This document shows positions 39,746-49,887 of a stretch of 64,000 nucleotides of DNA, one piece after another. This stretch comes from Candidatus Zixiibacteriota bacterium (lineage in GTDB: Bacteria > Zixibacteria > MSB-5A5 > GN15 > JAAZOE01), in NCBI GenBank assembly GCA_043819555.1, contig JBDREQ010000076.1, positions 1-64,000 of the forward strand, in the 5' to 3' direction. How positions within the stretch are numbered: the first letter of the stretch is position 1; every line of letters starts with the position of its first letter. A program made the position numbers and the translations under genes. Under the pieces are notes generated by a model. It did no database searches. It worked only from the letters and a program-made list of their open reading frames with translations, and was not told the origin of the DNA.

Positions 39746-42155
39746 CCGGATGTTCCTCCACTGCCCCGCTTGTGCCTTTAATTACAAAACCGCCAATAAC
39801 AATACCCGCCAGGGCAAATATAAATCCAAAAAGAGTCAGCATTTTACCGGTTGAATATGCTTCGGAAATATACTTAAATTCAACCGTATGCTCGCCGGCA
39901 GAAACAACCACACCACGGAAAGCTGCATTGGCCATCATTACTTCGACTTCGCTTCCATCAATAAATGCCTTCCAGGCCGGATACCAGTTGTCGGCCAGGA
40001 CTAATAAGCCATCGGCGTCGGTCGAAACCTGAAGGGATATATAATCGTTTTTGTACTCGGTAATAGTCACCTTATCCCCGGCCAAAAGCGCTGTGTCGGT
40101 CGCAGGTTCAATACCAGGGTCATGGAACAGGGCCGCCGTGGTTTTAGGATTGAATGACCGCATTAAAACCAAACTGTCAATCCGGGAAGTATCCGGTTCG
40201 ACAACCCATTCATGAACCATAATAGCCCTGTCATTGGCATTTGGATTTTCAAACACTTCAAAATTCTGCCATTGGAACGCTCGGCCAAATCCGGCGCTTT
40301 CAAATTGATTGCCTTTAATCGGAGAAGCCGGTGAGATTAATATATACCGCGTATTGGTCATATCGAGCATATTGCGATTAAAAATATTTGGAGTCCCGGT
40401 ACCACCAATTAATTTATAGAACCAATTGGGTTCGCTGCCATGATACGAGGTCACTTCCTCCACGCCGAAGAATGGAAGATAATTGGTCGGCAGATAATAT
40501 TGTCCGGTAGTATCCAAAACTCTGAATTTACCCGGTTGAGATTTAAAGAACTCTACGATGGGATTTTTTGTAAATATTGTCGCCGGGTCGTATGTTTTGA
40601 CAAACTGCTTATCGAAACGATAGGCGTCAACCAAGGCAACCAAAACAACCGCCCATAGGAGGAAGACTTTAATTTTTTTCTGAGCGAATAGCCATATAAA
40701 AACAGCGGCGACGGTCGTAAATAAAAATGTCGTCCAGAATCCGCTCGCAATTGTCTCAAGATGGCTGCGCAGCGCGATTGCCTGCTGCGATGGAATAACA
40801 TTATAGAATATCGATATATAGATACTGATGGCTGATTCGGGAGCGGCCGAAAACATCAGACCTCCCAGAAAGGTCAAGGCCGGAATACTAAACAGCGTCA
40901 GCACAAGCATTCGTTTATCTTTCGCTTTCAGTTTTTGTCCCTGCTCGATAATAAAATCAAGCGCAAACGCTGCCAGCAAAGCAGACGAAAACGAAAATAA
41001 AAACATTATCATCGACCATGCCCGCATTGATTTCACGTTGGGTATCAGATGAAAGAACAGATAGAAAAACCATGTATTGCCGGCCAATGCATGTATCAGC
41101 GCGAAGATCGCTAATCCTCCAAAGAACCAGGTTTTGCGATTACGAATCATTGCTACCGCGACAATGGCAAGCATCAGAGGAATGACTCCGGTATATTCGG
41201 AATTGTCTTTAAAACCATTGCGTCCCCAATAGCTGTTTCCCTTTTCTCCGGAAACACCGCAAAACTCGGGAACAATTAGTGAAAAAGTTTCTTCAGGATG
41301 AAGCGAAAACGACCGCGCCCACTCCTCTCCCCGCTTCTCACTGCTTCGCGGCGAATATTTTTTGATGTATTGATAGCCCGGATAAAAATGAATTGCCGAT
41401 ATCGCCAGACCGATAACAACAGCACCGACAAATAAAGAAGTCGGCTTGATTAATCCGAGAACAGACTTTGTATCGATATAGAGAAAGATTAATTTATATG
41501 CCGTATAGAAAGCACACGCCCAGAGCGTATAATAGGCCATCTGCGGGTGGGGTGTCAGGATGATAATTCCAATGGTCAGTCCGAGAAGAGAAAAATACAA
41601 AATCGGTTTTCGCCTGAATGCCAGCTCAATAAACATAATCGTCAGCGGAAATAGGGACGTGACAAACATTTTTCCGTCATGGCCCGGTGCCATCTGAGAT
41701 ATAAAATATGCGGCGAACATATAAGAAACCGCAGCCAGCGCCGAAGCCATCTGCGATCTGCGAAAAACCCGGGCGCAGAAAAACATTGTTATTCCGGCGA
41801 TAAAGACATGAATAAGAAGATTCCAACCCCAGGCGCGGAAGATATTGGTAAACAATAAGAGTTTTGAAAAAGGATAAAAAGTATCGCCGTGAAAACCGTC
41901 TATATATGGTATCCCGCAAAATTGATAAGGATTCCACACCGGAACTTCACCAGTTTCCTGATAATAATCCGCATAGAAGCCCCGGAAAAACATACCGGCC
42001 TGAATCGCATCAGAACCATATAGTCCTTTGTCGGAGAATACGAATGAGCTGAAAAGGGCAATAACCGCTATCAACAACGCCCCAAACAAAATAATATTAA
42101 ACAGCCACGGCTTTAGTTTTACGTTTCCGGAATTATTTATTTTTGACTTTGTCAC
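39738..42155 (-). CDS. YfhO-family GT-C-like membrane glycosyltransferase
   Basis: PVWNPY..G.P, FYP, multiple TM, C-terminal WYPAWKAFIDG...HTVEFKY. Confidence 0.82.
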   Translation of the reverse strand: MTKSKINNSGNVKLKPWLFNIILFGALLIAVIALFSSFVFSDKGLYGSDAIQAGMFFRGFYADYYQETGEVPVWNPYQFCGIPYIDGFHGDTFYPFSKLLLFTNIFRAWGWNLLIHVFIAGITMFFCARVFRRSQMASALAAVSYMFAAYFISQMAPGHDGKMFVTSLFPLTIMFIELAFRRKPILYFSLLGLTIGIIILTPHPQMAYYTLWACAFYTAYKLIFLYIDTKSVLGLIKPTSLFVGAVVIGLAISAIHFYPGYQYIKKYSPRSSEKRGEEWARSFSLHPEETFSLIVPEFCGVSGEKGNSYWGRNGFKDNSEYTGVIPLMLAIVAVAMIRNRKTWFFGGLAIFALIHALAGNTWFFYLFFHLIPNVKSMRAWSMIMFLFSFSSALLAAFALDFIIEQGQKLKAKDKRMLVLTLFSIPALTFLGGLMFSAAPESAISIYISIFYNVIPSQQAIALRSHLETIASGFWTTFLFTTVAAVFIWLFAQKKIKVFLLWAVVLVALVDAYRFDKQFVKTYDPATIFTKNPIVEFFKSQPGKFRVLDTTGQYYLPTNYLPFFGVEEVTSYHGSEPNWFYKLIGGTGTPNIFNRNMLDMTNTRYILISPASPIKGNQFESAGFGRAFQWQNFEVFENPNANDRAIMVHEWVVEPDTSRIDSLVLMRSFNPKTTAALFHDPGIEPATDTALLAGDKVTITEYKNDYISLQVSTDADGLLVLADNWYPAWKAFIDGSEVEVMMANAAFRGVVVSAGEHTVEFKYISEAYSTGKMLTLFGFIFALAGIVIGGFVIKGTSGAVEEHPDE

Positions 42156-43122
42156 TTGTCTTCTCCGTTGATTTTATTGTCAACGCAATCAAGGCTGAAA
42201 TCGCTTCCGCCATAATCAACCACAGCCGAGCTGTGATGGCGATCGCGGTTGCCACTCCCGCTCCGAAAAACGGCGCCAGCATAATCTCCATTACCGCCTC
42301 GCGGGGTCCAAGGCCGCCGGGAGCAAAGAGCATCAAATATCCGATCTGGTAGGCAATAATAAAGATTCCCGCCATCGGGAATAATAATGCTTCCTGCGTT
42401 GTTATCCCTTTCAGGAATAACCAGAACGAAAGGCCGTACATGCTCCAGCTTAGAAAATAACCGCCGTAAATAACGGCCGCAAGAGATTTATTCATGCCAA
42501 ATTTAATGGGACGACGTTTTATAAATTTGAGTAATCGGTTGGCGGTTTTCTCAATTGGAGATGGGAAAAAGATAACTGATAAGGAAATTGCAAAAATCAT
42601 AACTGCAACGCCAATCAATCCGGCAGTCGCCCGGGAAGAATAGGAATAGTTTTCATATACCTGAGGATACAGACCCAAAAACAGTAGCCCCGAAAGCAAC
42701 CCTGAAGGAATAGCGAATATTTGGGACAATCCAAATGACGCCACTGATTCCTCTTCGGTCATCCCCTCTTTTTTGGCAAGATATATCATGCCGAATATCT
42801 GCCAGATCTTGCCCGGAATATAACGACCGAGATTGGCGAGGTAGGCAATCTTGAATGATGCCAAAAATCGTATATCTTTTCCCAATGATTTTGCGATTAG
42901 TTTCCACACTGAAGAGAAAAGAAAAAATGTTATTATGACTGATAACATGGCTGCCCCAAGCCAGAAATAATTAATCTCCCAATGAAAGGCGGATACAAGA
43001 TCCCAATTGGTATAAATCTGCTTCCCGAGAAAATAAAAAATCAGGCCGAGTATAATTGCCTGCAATAATCTCCATGTGGTTTTTCTTACACTCTTATTCA
43101 AAGCAATTATTTCCGCTTCCAA
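42133..43122 (-). CDS. Lysylphosphatidylglycerol-synthase-TM / AglD-like flippase
   Basis: GRYIPGKIW, APGGLGPRE; polytopic. Confidence 0.82.
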   Translation of the reverse strand: MEAEIIALNKSVRKTTWRLLQAIILGLIFYFLGKQIYTNWDLVSAFHWEINYFWLGAAMLSVIITFFLFSSVWKLIAKSLGKDIRFLASFKIAYLANLGRYIPGKIWQIFGMIYLAKKEGMTEEESVASFGLSQIFAIPSGLLSGLLFLGLYPQVYENYSYSSRATAGLIGVAVMIFAISLSVIFFPSPIEKTANRLLKFIKRRPIKFGMNKSLAAVIYGGYFLSWSMYGLSFWLFLKGITTQEALLFPMAGIFIIAYQIGYLMLFAPGGLGPREAVMEIMLAPFFGAGVATAIAITARLWLIMAEAISALIALTIKSTEKTSDKVKNK

Positions 43123-44300
43123 TAGTTTGCGGTCGTTTCAAAGAGGTTATACATTTTATCGACCAAAACAGGCGTCGCGAATTTATCCCGCGCTGTATGA
43201 TATGCGCCATCTCCAAGCCGATTTCGCAGTTGTTTATCGGTAATAATTGATTTCATACATTCAGCCAATGCCATATAATCGCCGATTTCAATTAGTAATC
43301 CATTTTTATCATGCTCGATAAAATCGACAATCCCACCCGAATTTGCTCCGATTGTCGGCCGCCCCGTGAGTCCGGCTTCAACAAGAACTAATCCAAATCC
43401 TTCATTTTCGGAAACGAGCAACACCGCGTCACATGCCTGATATAGTTTTGCCAGTTTCTGTTGAGCCACCAGGGGACCTAATTTGATTTTATCTTCAAGA
43501 TTATTTTCGGCTATTAAACTCTTCAATTTTTCTTCCAGAGGCCCTTCGCCAACCATGATAATCCTGAATTCGAACCCAGCATTATTAAGTACTTCAGCGG
43601 CTTCGATAATACTATCCAAATGCTTTTGTTTTGTATAGCGTGCAACGGACAAAAAGACCGGTGCGCCTTCGTCATTAAATGGTTTTCTGGGAAATGTCTC
43701 CATTCCGACCGGCATCGGAATTACTTCAACTATATCTTTAGATAAAACGGACAAGTTATTAATTAATATATCGTTAAGAAAGCTCGACACAACTGTTGCC
43801 CGCTGTGTTCGTCGATAGACATATTTCGATAATCTTTGAATAATTCCGGGCTTACCAAGCAGTGCAATATCCGTCCCATGAGATGATATAATCAGGGGAA
43901 GATTTAACTTTGCAGCAATCTTCGAGGCTGCCAATCCCGGAGGAATCCACCAATTGGCCCAGATTAAATCGGGTTTTTCTTCGCGGCAAACCCGCAATCC
44001 AAAACGATATATCGAATATAAAAAGCCTATAAACACCATTTTGGCAAATAACGACCGGGATACAATTTCATGCATATTCCCGGCGTATACTATTGGCTTT
44101 TTATTTGAAAATGGATAACCGAACCTCTTAATGCGCACGCCATCTATTACATCTTCTTTGAGAAGCCCTTCGGCGTGAGGGCAAACTATCGTGAGCTCTA
44201 TTCCTTTTGAGACTAATCCTGATGATAATCGGTGGAGATACAGGGCGGTCAAATCCCCCTGGCGACGGATATAATTATGGGTAATGACAACGACTTTCAA
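43107..44300 (-). CDS. GT4 glycosyltransferase
   Basis: HGTD, EGFGLVLVEA. Confidence 0.9.
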   Translation of the reverse strand: MKVVVITHNYIRRQGDLTALYLHRLSSGLVSKGIELTIVCPHAEGLLKEDVIDGVRIKRFGYPFSNKKPIVYAGNMHEIVSRSLFAKMVFIGFLYSIYRFGLRVCREEKPDLIWANWWIPPGLAASKIAAKLNLPLIISSHGTDIALLGKPGIIQRLSKYVYRRTQRATVVSSFLNDILINNLSVLSKDIVEVIPMPVGMETFPRKPFNDEGAPVFLSVARYTKQKHLDSIIEAAEVLNNAGFEFRIIMVGEGPLEEKLKSLIAENNLEDKIKLGPLVAQQKLAKLYQACDAVLLVSENEGFGLVLVEAGLTGRPTIGANSGGIVDFIEHDKNGLLIEIGDYMALAECMKSIITDKQLRNRLGDGAYHTARDKFATPVLVDKMYNLFETTANYWKRK

Positions 44301-45277
44301 TGGCCGTTATTATCCTTATTGTTATTCTTGAATTGATTTTCCAGGCGTCGCACCGACTGCCTGACTCCCGACAATTCTTCTTTAATGGCTGTCAATCCCT
44401 CAGCCAAAAATCCGAGAATAAATGATAACGCTCCCAGTACCATAAGTAATATAACGAGATATAATAAAGGCCTGAATCCGATATCATGGAAAAATCTCAG
44501 ATAGATGGCGCTTAAACCGGCAAAAAGGCCCAAACCGATTAGCAAACCCCCAATAATTCCAAAAAACAGCAGGGGTTTTCTGAGCAGGGTCAGTTGCGAT
44601 TTAACGGCCAGCATATCAAGAATCCCGATCGGTATCCGTCCCAAACCGGAAAATTTGGATGATCCGCTGTACCGGTCATAGAGAGGTATTTTTACTTCAT
44701 CGACGCGATATCCTCGTTCAACGGCAAGAGCGACCAGATACCGATGCCAGTCTTTGCGCAGGAAAATATCTTCGACAATATTCCGACGAAAAGCTTTAAC
44801 CGAATTCAAATCATGCACTTTTAAGCCGAATAGTTTTCTCGACAGACCATTATAAACCCGTGATACAAGCCGCTTAGAGTATTTTCCCTGTTTCCACCCT
44901 GTTACCAGATCGTTGCCTTCGTTAATTTTTTCAATCATAGCGGGAATATTTTCAGGTTTATATTGCAGGTCCGCAGGATAAAAAACAAAAATATCTCCTC
45001 GGGCCATTGAAAATCCTGTCTGCAAAGCCTGAGTTAATCCACGATTGTTGCCATGAGAAGCGGTACGGAGAAACGAATGAGTTTTTGACATTTGACCCAA
45101 TATCTGAGGCGTTGTATCGGTTGAGCCGTCGTCAATAATAATCACTTCAAACGAAAATCGCGCCTCCCGGCCCATCTGTTCAAACTGACGGCACAATTCC
45201 TCGATATTGCCTTCTTCATTGAAAGCCGGAATTATGATAGACACATATGGAGTTTTTGGCGAAGTCGTCATTTCCAT
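44297..45277 (-). CDS. GT2 glycosyltransferase (ArnC/GtrB-like, 2 C-terminal TM)
   Basis: IPAFNEE, DDGSTD, ADLQ, HRYL. Confidence 0.88.
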   Translation of the reverse strand: MEMTTSPKTPYVSIIIPAFNEEGNIEELCRQFEQMGREARFSFEVIIIDDGSTDTTPQILGQMSKTHSFLRTASHGNNRGLTQALQTGFSMARGDIFVFYPADLQYKPENIPAMIEKINEGNDLVTGWKQGKYSKRLVSRVYNGLSRKLFGLKVHDLNSVKAFRRNIVEDIFLRKDWHRYLVALAVERGYRVDEVKIPLYDRYSGSSKFSGLGRIPIGILDMLAVKSQLTLLRKPLLFFGIIGGLLIGLGLFAGLSAIYLRFFHDIGFRPLLYLVILLMVLGALSFILGFLAEGLTAIKEELSGVRQSVRRLENQFKNNNKDNNGH

Positions 45278-45673
45278 ATCCTATTGCCCAAAGCTATCCT
45301 TATAGAATCTTTCGTCAAATTAAGCTGAAGCTGTAATTAATATTAGCAAATCCTTTCGTGACCCGAAAAACCGGTTAGATAAATGAAAAATCCAAATTAC
45401 TCGCCGGCAATATATATTCTTCCTAATAATGTGTGAATATAAAAAACCAAGCCAGAAATATCCACTCTCAAATCATACAAATATTTGTCGCCAGTTCATT
45501 TAACTTGGGATAAACATTATACAAAATAACGGCCAAATCTATTAATAAGAACAATATATTGATATCTCTGCTCAATCGGACTGGGAAAAGGCGGGATTTT
45601 GGATGGCCGGAAAAATCAATACACACTGATAAAAAAGGGCAAGTTATATCAAAACCATTAAATGTTAAGGCTG

Positions 45674-46408
45674 TTAATCAAATGAAGCAATAATTCCATT
45701 TTTATAAACCGGAACAACTTCCAGACAATTTAGCTTTATCGCCAACTCTACATCTTTATTATATCCCCATTCACTCAATTCCAATCCGCTTTTGCATTTG
45801 GAAACTTCGTTCTCAAGATTATCCTTATGTTTAATAAAATAGTTTTCACAAAGTGCGGCTTCATTAGTCTTTTCACATGGCAACTGAGATATGATCGCAC
45901 CAGCACCCAGATAATCTTCATCGGCCTTTCTGAGTTCACCTTCAAAGCTTTCATATTCCCGTTCTCCGCACGCAATCACCGTAACCGATTTTCCGGACGA
46001 TTTCATAATTTCCATTGCATATACGCAGACAGCCTTGGCGTTTATAAATCCTCCAATAATTATTTCGAACGCCCCATTTGAATTCAGGCAACATCTGGCC
46101 CCGTTGGGAGAAACCAGAACGACTTTTTCGCCTGCTTTGATATCCAGAAAGGTCGCGGGTGAGAGGGAATATTTCCCTTTGGACGGCACTTCCGAACGCG
46201 AGACAGAAATTATCGCCTTTTCACGGAAAGCTATTTCTTCCGCCATATTCGGATGATAGTACGGAATTATTATCGCACTATTGCTAACGGCATAGGCAAC
46301 CGTTGTCGAAAAACTCAGGACATCGACAATTATTACTATATCTCCCTGGTCAGCCGCCTTTAATGCTCCTTTCGGGAACCAATCAAAATGACATTTAGTA
46401 TTAGACAT
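45674..46408 (-). CDS. 2-phosphosulfolactate phosphatase (ComB) family protein
   Basis: VDVLSFSTT, SLSP, SPNG, CGER, EDYLGAGAI. Confidence 0.85.
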   Translation of the reverse strand: MSNTKCHFDWFPKGALKAADQGDIVIIVDVLSFSTTVAYAVSNSAIIIPYYHPNMAEEIAFREKAIISVSRSEVPSKGKYSLSPATFLDIKAGEKVVLVSPNGARCCLNSNGAFEIIIGGFINAKAVCVYAMEIMKSSGKSVTVIACGEREYESFEGELRKADEDYLGAGAIISQLPCEKTNEAALCENYFIKHKDNLENEVSKCKSGLELSEWGYNKDVELAIKLNCLEVVPVYKNGIIASFD

Positions 46409-46412
46409 ATTC

Positions 46413-46450
46413 AAAATAAAAAGGCCGGATTTCAAAATTTATATCCGGCC
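46413..46450 (-). terminator. Intrinsic terminator
   Basis: GGCCGGAT-N12-ATCCGGCC-TTTTTATTTT. Confidence 0.75.
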
Positions 46451-46469
46451 ATAATTATAAAATCAAAAA

Positions 46470-46892
46470 CTAATTCTTCGATGATAAAATTCTATTTTCC
46501 CATTTTCGGGTTGCCATATATTGCAAAATATGTAAAACAAGAAAAATAATCACAAACACCGAATTTATCACAATCATCACGCTATTGGACAAAGATATAA
46601 AAGCGCTGAATATCATCCCGATAATCCAGGCGCCGATTCCGGCCAGAGCTGGCTGATATACTTTACTTTTATTTTTGAGATAACCATAGATGGCCCCAAA
46701 AATAAGAGATATATAATATGCCAAAAGCGTTGGAATCAAAAGCACATCGGGGGCAGATTCCAGCCAGCCGACTCCCAATACTTTGCCCATAAATCCAAAG
46801 ATTATCATAATCCCCAAAAGAGGTATGGGCGCATATGTCATAAACGCCAGAAATCTAAAAGGTCTTGTTTTATCCATAATTCTATTTTCCAA
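46470..46892 (-). CDS. Hypothetical 4-TM membrane protein
   Basis: Hydrophobic 140-aa ORF directly after pyrC. Confidence 0.65.
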   Translation of the reverse strand: MENRIMDKTRPFRFLAFMTYAPIPLLGIMIIFGFMGKVLGVGWLESAPDVLLIPTLLAYYISLIFGAIYGYLKNKSKVYQPALAGIGAWIIGMIFSAFISLSNSVMIVINSVFVIIFLVLHILQYMATRKWENRILSSKN

Positions 46893-46896
46893 TACG

Positions 46897-48204
46897 TTAT
46901 TCAGCTTTAAGGGTTACGCGTCCATTCATTATAGTAGCAAGCACTTTTCCTTTGAGTTTTCTCCCGACAAAAGGTGAATTCTTGCATTTTGATTTGAACT
47001 TATTCTCTTTTACAACCCAAGCCGCATCTGGATTAAATATTAAAAGATCGGCTATTTCGCCTTCTCTGAGTCTATTAGTTGTAAGCCCCATAATCTGAGT
47101 TGGATTAACGCTCATTTTGGCCAGCATATCGGATAGAGACAAATAACCTTTGCCTACCAATTGCGTAATCGCTAATCCCAGCGATGTCTCCAAACCGATT
47201 ATTCCGGGAGGCGCCTGATCAAAAACAGTATCTTTCTCCTCATCAGTATGAGGCGCATGATCGGTCGCGATACAATCAATAGTGCCGTCAATCAGACCCT
47301 CGATGATTGACTGCCTGTCTGCTTCTGTTCTTATGGGAGGACTTACGCGTAAATTGGTATCAAACCGTTCAGCAATCATATCATCGGTCAGAGTGAAATG
47401 GTGCGGCGTCGCTTCCGCGGTTACTTTGACGCCCTCCGCCTTACCCCTGCGAATTGCCTCAACTCCACCCGAAGTTGAAACGTGGGCAATATGCAGCCTG
47501 CTGCCAGTTAACCCGGCCAGCTTAATATCGCGGATGATAGCGATCTCTTCGGCAACGGCGGGGGTTCCGGGCATGCCGAGTCTGGTTGATTGAAACGATT
47601 CATTCATAACGCCGCCGGCGGCGAGGAACTCATCCTCGGCATGTGAGATGACCGGTATATCAAACATCCGGGCATATTCAAGAGCCCGTCTCATCATATC
47701 CGGGTTTTGGACATAATTGCCATCATCGGAAATCGCCACAATCCCCGCCTTTACCAGATCTCCGATTTCAGAAAGTTCTTTGCCTTCGCGGTTTTTTGTT
47801 ATGGCTCCAATGCAGTGCACACGGCAATCGGCATTCTCGGCCAACGAAGTAACGAATTTAACTGTTTCCTGATTATCAATCGCGGGCTGTGTATTGGGCA
47901 TACAGCAAATCGAAGTAAATCCGCCTGCCGCCGCAGCCTGGCATCCGGAGACAATCGTTTCTTCATCTTCCCGCCCAGGCTCGCGAAGATGAACATGGAT
48001 ATCAACCAGCCCGGGAGTCACTACGGCGCCTTTAGCGTCGAGAATTGATTCTTCCGGGAAAGTCGATATTACTTTCTTCGTTAATTTCCCCGGCTCATAT
48101 ATTTTCTCGATTTTTCCATTTTTGATGCCGATATCGCCTTTTTTTGAAAATCCAAAGGCGGGGTCAATCAGTTTTCCATTTATTATTAACAGGTCAAATT
48201 TCAT
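46897..48204 (-). CDS. pyrC: Dihydroorotase
   Basis: DIHVHLREPG, MPNT, ATDHAPH. Confidence 0.95.
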   Translation of the reverse strand: MKFDLLIINGKLIDPAFGFSKKGDIGIKNGKIEKIYEPGKLTKKVISTFPEESILDAKGAVVTPGLVDIHVHLREPGREDEETIVSGCQAAAAGGFTSICCMPNTQPAIDNQETVKFVTSLAENADCRVHCIGAITKNREGKELSEIGDLVKAGIVAISDDGNYVQNPDMMRRALEYARMFDIPVISHAEDEFLAAGGVMNESFQSTRLGMPGTPAVAEEIAIIRDIKLAGLTGSRLHIAHVSTSGGVEAIRRGKAEGVKVTAEATPHHFTLTDDMIAERFDTNLRVSPPIRTEADRQSIIEGLIDGTIDCIATDHAPHTDEEKDTVFDQAPPGIIGLETSLGLAITQLVGKGYLSLSDMLAKMSVNPTQIMGLTTNRLREGEIADLLIFNPDAAWVVKENKFKSKCKNSPFVGRKLKGKVLATIMNGRVTLKAE

Positions 48205-48217
48205 CTTTTACCCTTTT

Positions 48218-49165
48218 CTATTCAGAATCTCCCGTGGATTCTCGTTCGTCCACGCCGGATAATAAATACAATACCGCCATTCGCACCGCTTGTCCATTGG
48301 TTACTTGTTCCAGTATAACCGAGGCAGGACAATCGGCAACTTCGTTCGTAATCTCAACGCCTCGATTCATCGGGCCAGGGTGCATAATCGTGAAATTTTT
48401 ATTCAGGCGTTTCAACCTCTCGCTTGAAATGCCAAAAAGATTAGTGTATTCGCGTTGGGATGGAAATAATCCGGCCTTTTGCCGTTCCAGTTGAATGCGG
48501 AGGATATTAACAACGTCCACGCCCTCCAACGCTTCATCGATATCGGTATAAATGTCAACCCCGAATCGCTCAGCTTCGTACGGCAATAGCGTCGTCGGTC
48601 CGCAGATCGCCACCGATGCTCCCAGTGTTTTTAGCCCCCAAATATTCGACCGAGCTACCCGAGAATGCTTGATATCCCCGACCAAAAGGACTCGCAGTCC
48701 CTTGATTTTTTTATATTTCTGGCGAATTGTGAAAATATCGAGCAATCCCTGGGTCGGATGTTCGTGCGTGCCGTCTCCGGCATTTATAATATTGGCGTCA
48801 AGGCATTGCGTCAAATAATATGGCACTCCCGGCGAGCTGTGCCGCGCAACGACCATATCAATTTTCATCGCTTCGATATTCCTGACGGTATCCTTTAGAG
48901 ACTCCCCCTTTTTAACCGATGAAGTCGATGCCGAAAAACTTATCGTGTCAGCCGAGAGTCGTTTTTCGGCCAGATCAAATGAAATTCTCGTTCTTGTCGA
49001 TGGTTCATAAAACAAATTGACGACCGTTTTCCCTCTAAGCGGCGGAACTTTTTTAATCGGTCTGTCAAGAATTTCACGAAAACTAACGGCAGAATCAAGG
49101 ATTAACTCCAGATCACTTTTGGGAACACCCTCAAGCTGCAGTAAATGCCGCGATGATAGCCTCAT
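48218..49165 (-). CDS. pyrB: Aspartate carbamoyltransferase
   Basis: EPSTRT, HPTQ, HPGP. Confidence 0.97.
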   Translation of the reverse strand: MRLSSRHLLQLEGVPKSDLELILDSAVSFREILDRPIKKVPPLRGKTVVNLFYEPSTRTRISFDLAEKRLSADTISFSASTSSVKKGESLKDTVRNIEAMKIDMVVARHSSPGVPYYLTQCLDANIINAGDGTHEHPTQGLLDIFTIRQKYKKIKGLRVLLVGDIKHSRVARSNIWGLKTLGASVAICGPTTLLPYEAERFGVDIYTDIDEALEGVDVVNILRIQLERQKAGLFPSQREYTNLFGISSERLKRLNKNFTIMHPGPMNRGVEITNEVADCPASVILEQVTNGQAVRMAVLYLLSGVDERESTGDSE

Positions 49166-49743
49166 TCCCCATCCCCCCCTTCAGATTCCAATTGTTTATC
49201 ACCAGTCGGATATAAAACGACTTCATCCACATCATCGCTATCCTGAAAATATACTCTTACATTATCATCAAAATTAGTGGGAATATTCTTCCCCACATAA
49301 TCGGCGCGTATAGGTAATTGGCGGTGAGCCCGGTCAACCAAAACCGCTAACTGGATTGTCATTGCGCGGCCAAATTCTACCAATTGCGACATTGCCGCCC
49401 GAATTGTCCGGCCTGTAAACAAGACATCATCAACCAGAATTAGATTTTTATCAGTGATATCAAAGAGCATTTCGGTCGTGCGCACAATAGGCTGATCCGG
49501 ATTGGAATTGACATCATCCCGATACAAGTTGATATCCATTAATCCAACCGGGATATCCACTCCTTCAATATCTTTAATAATGGCCGCCAATCGTTTGGCC
49601 AGGATCGCTCCTCGCGTCAGGATACCGACCATGACCAACGATTCCGCTCCCGAATTCCTCTCCAGGATTTCATGCGCAATGCGAGTAATCGCCCGCGACA
49701 TTTTGCTTTTGTCCAGGATTACTCTCTTTTTCTTGTTTTTCAA
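49162..49743 (-). CDS. pyrR: Pyrimidine operon attenuation protein / UPRTase PyrR
   Basis: RIAHEILERN, LYRDD, VDDVLFTGRTIRAA, PIRADYVGKN. Confidence 0.96.
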   Translation of the reverse strand: MKNKKKRVILDKSKMSRAITRIAHEILERNSGAESLVMVGILTRGAILAKRLAAIIKDIEGVDIPVGLMDINLYRDDVNSNPDQPIVRTTEMLFDITDKNLILVDDVLFTGRTIRAAMSQLVEFGRAMTIQLAVLVDRAHRQLPIRADYVGKNIPTNFDDNVRVYFQDSDDVDEVVLYPTGDKQLESEGGDGE

Positions 49744-49754
49744 GGATACCTCTC

Positions 49755-49784
49755 AAAAAATATCGGGATGTATTCTCTCCCGAT
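49755..49784 (-). terminator. Attenuator terminator in the pyr leader
   Basis: ATCGGGA-N9-TCCCGAT-ATTTTTT directly before the pyrR RBS. Confidence 0.8.
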
Positions 49785-49819
49785 CGTTTATATAAGATTA
49801 TGATTTTCAAATTCAATGT

Positions 49820-49851
49820 CCTTTATGGCCTCGCCGGACCGGTTTAAAAGG
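49820..49851 (-). promoter_or_regulatory. PyrR-binding RNA loop
   Basis: CCTTTTAAACCGGTCCGGCGAGGCCATAAAGG fits UUUAA...RUCCnGnGAGGY...AAGG. Confidence 0.85.
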
Positions 49852-49858
49852 TTGCATC

Positions 49859-49887
49859 TAAATAATTCAGCAAATTCTGACTGTCAA
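49859..49887 (-). promoter_or_regulatory. pyr operon promoter
   Basis: TTGACA-N17-TATTTA, placing the start site at the 5' edge of the PyrR loop. Confidence 0.55.

Noticed and set aside
45278..45673. About 400-nt AT-rich intergenic region as a hidden gene or RNA
   Set aside because: No ORF of 60 aa or more and no convincing structure; probably the promoter region of the glycosylation cluster
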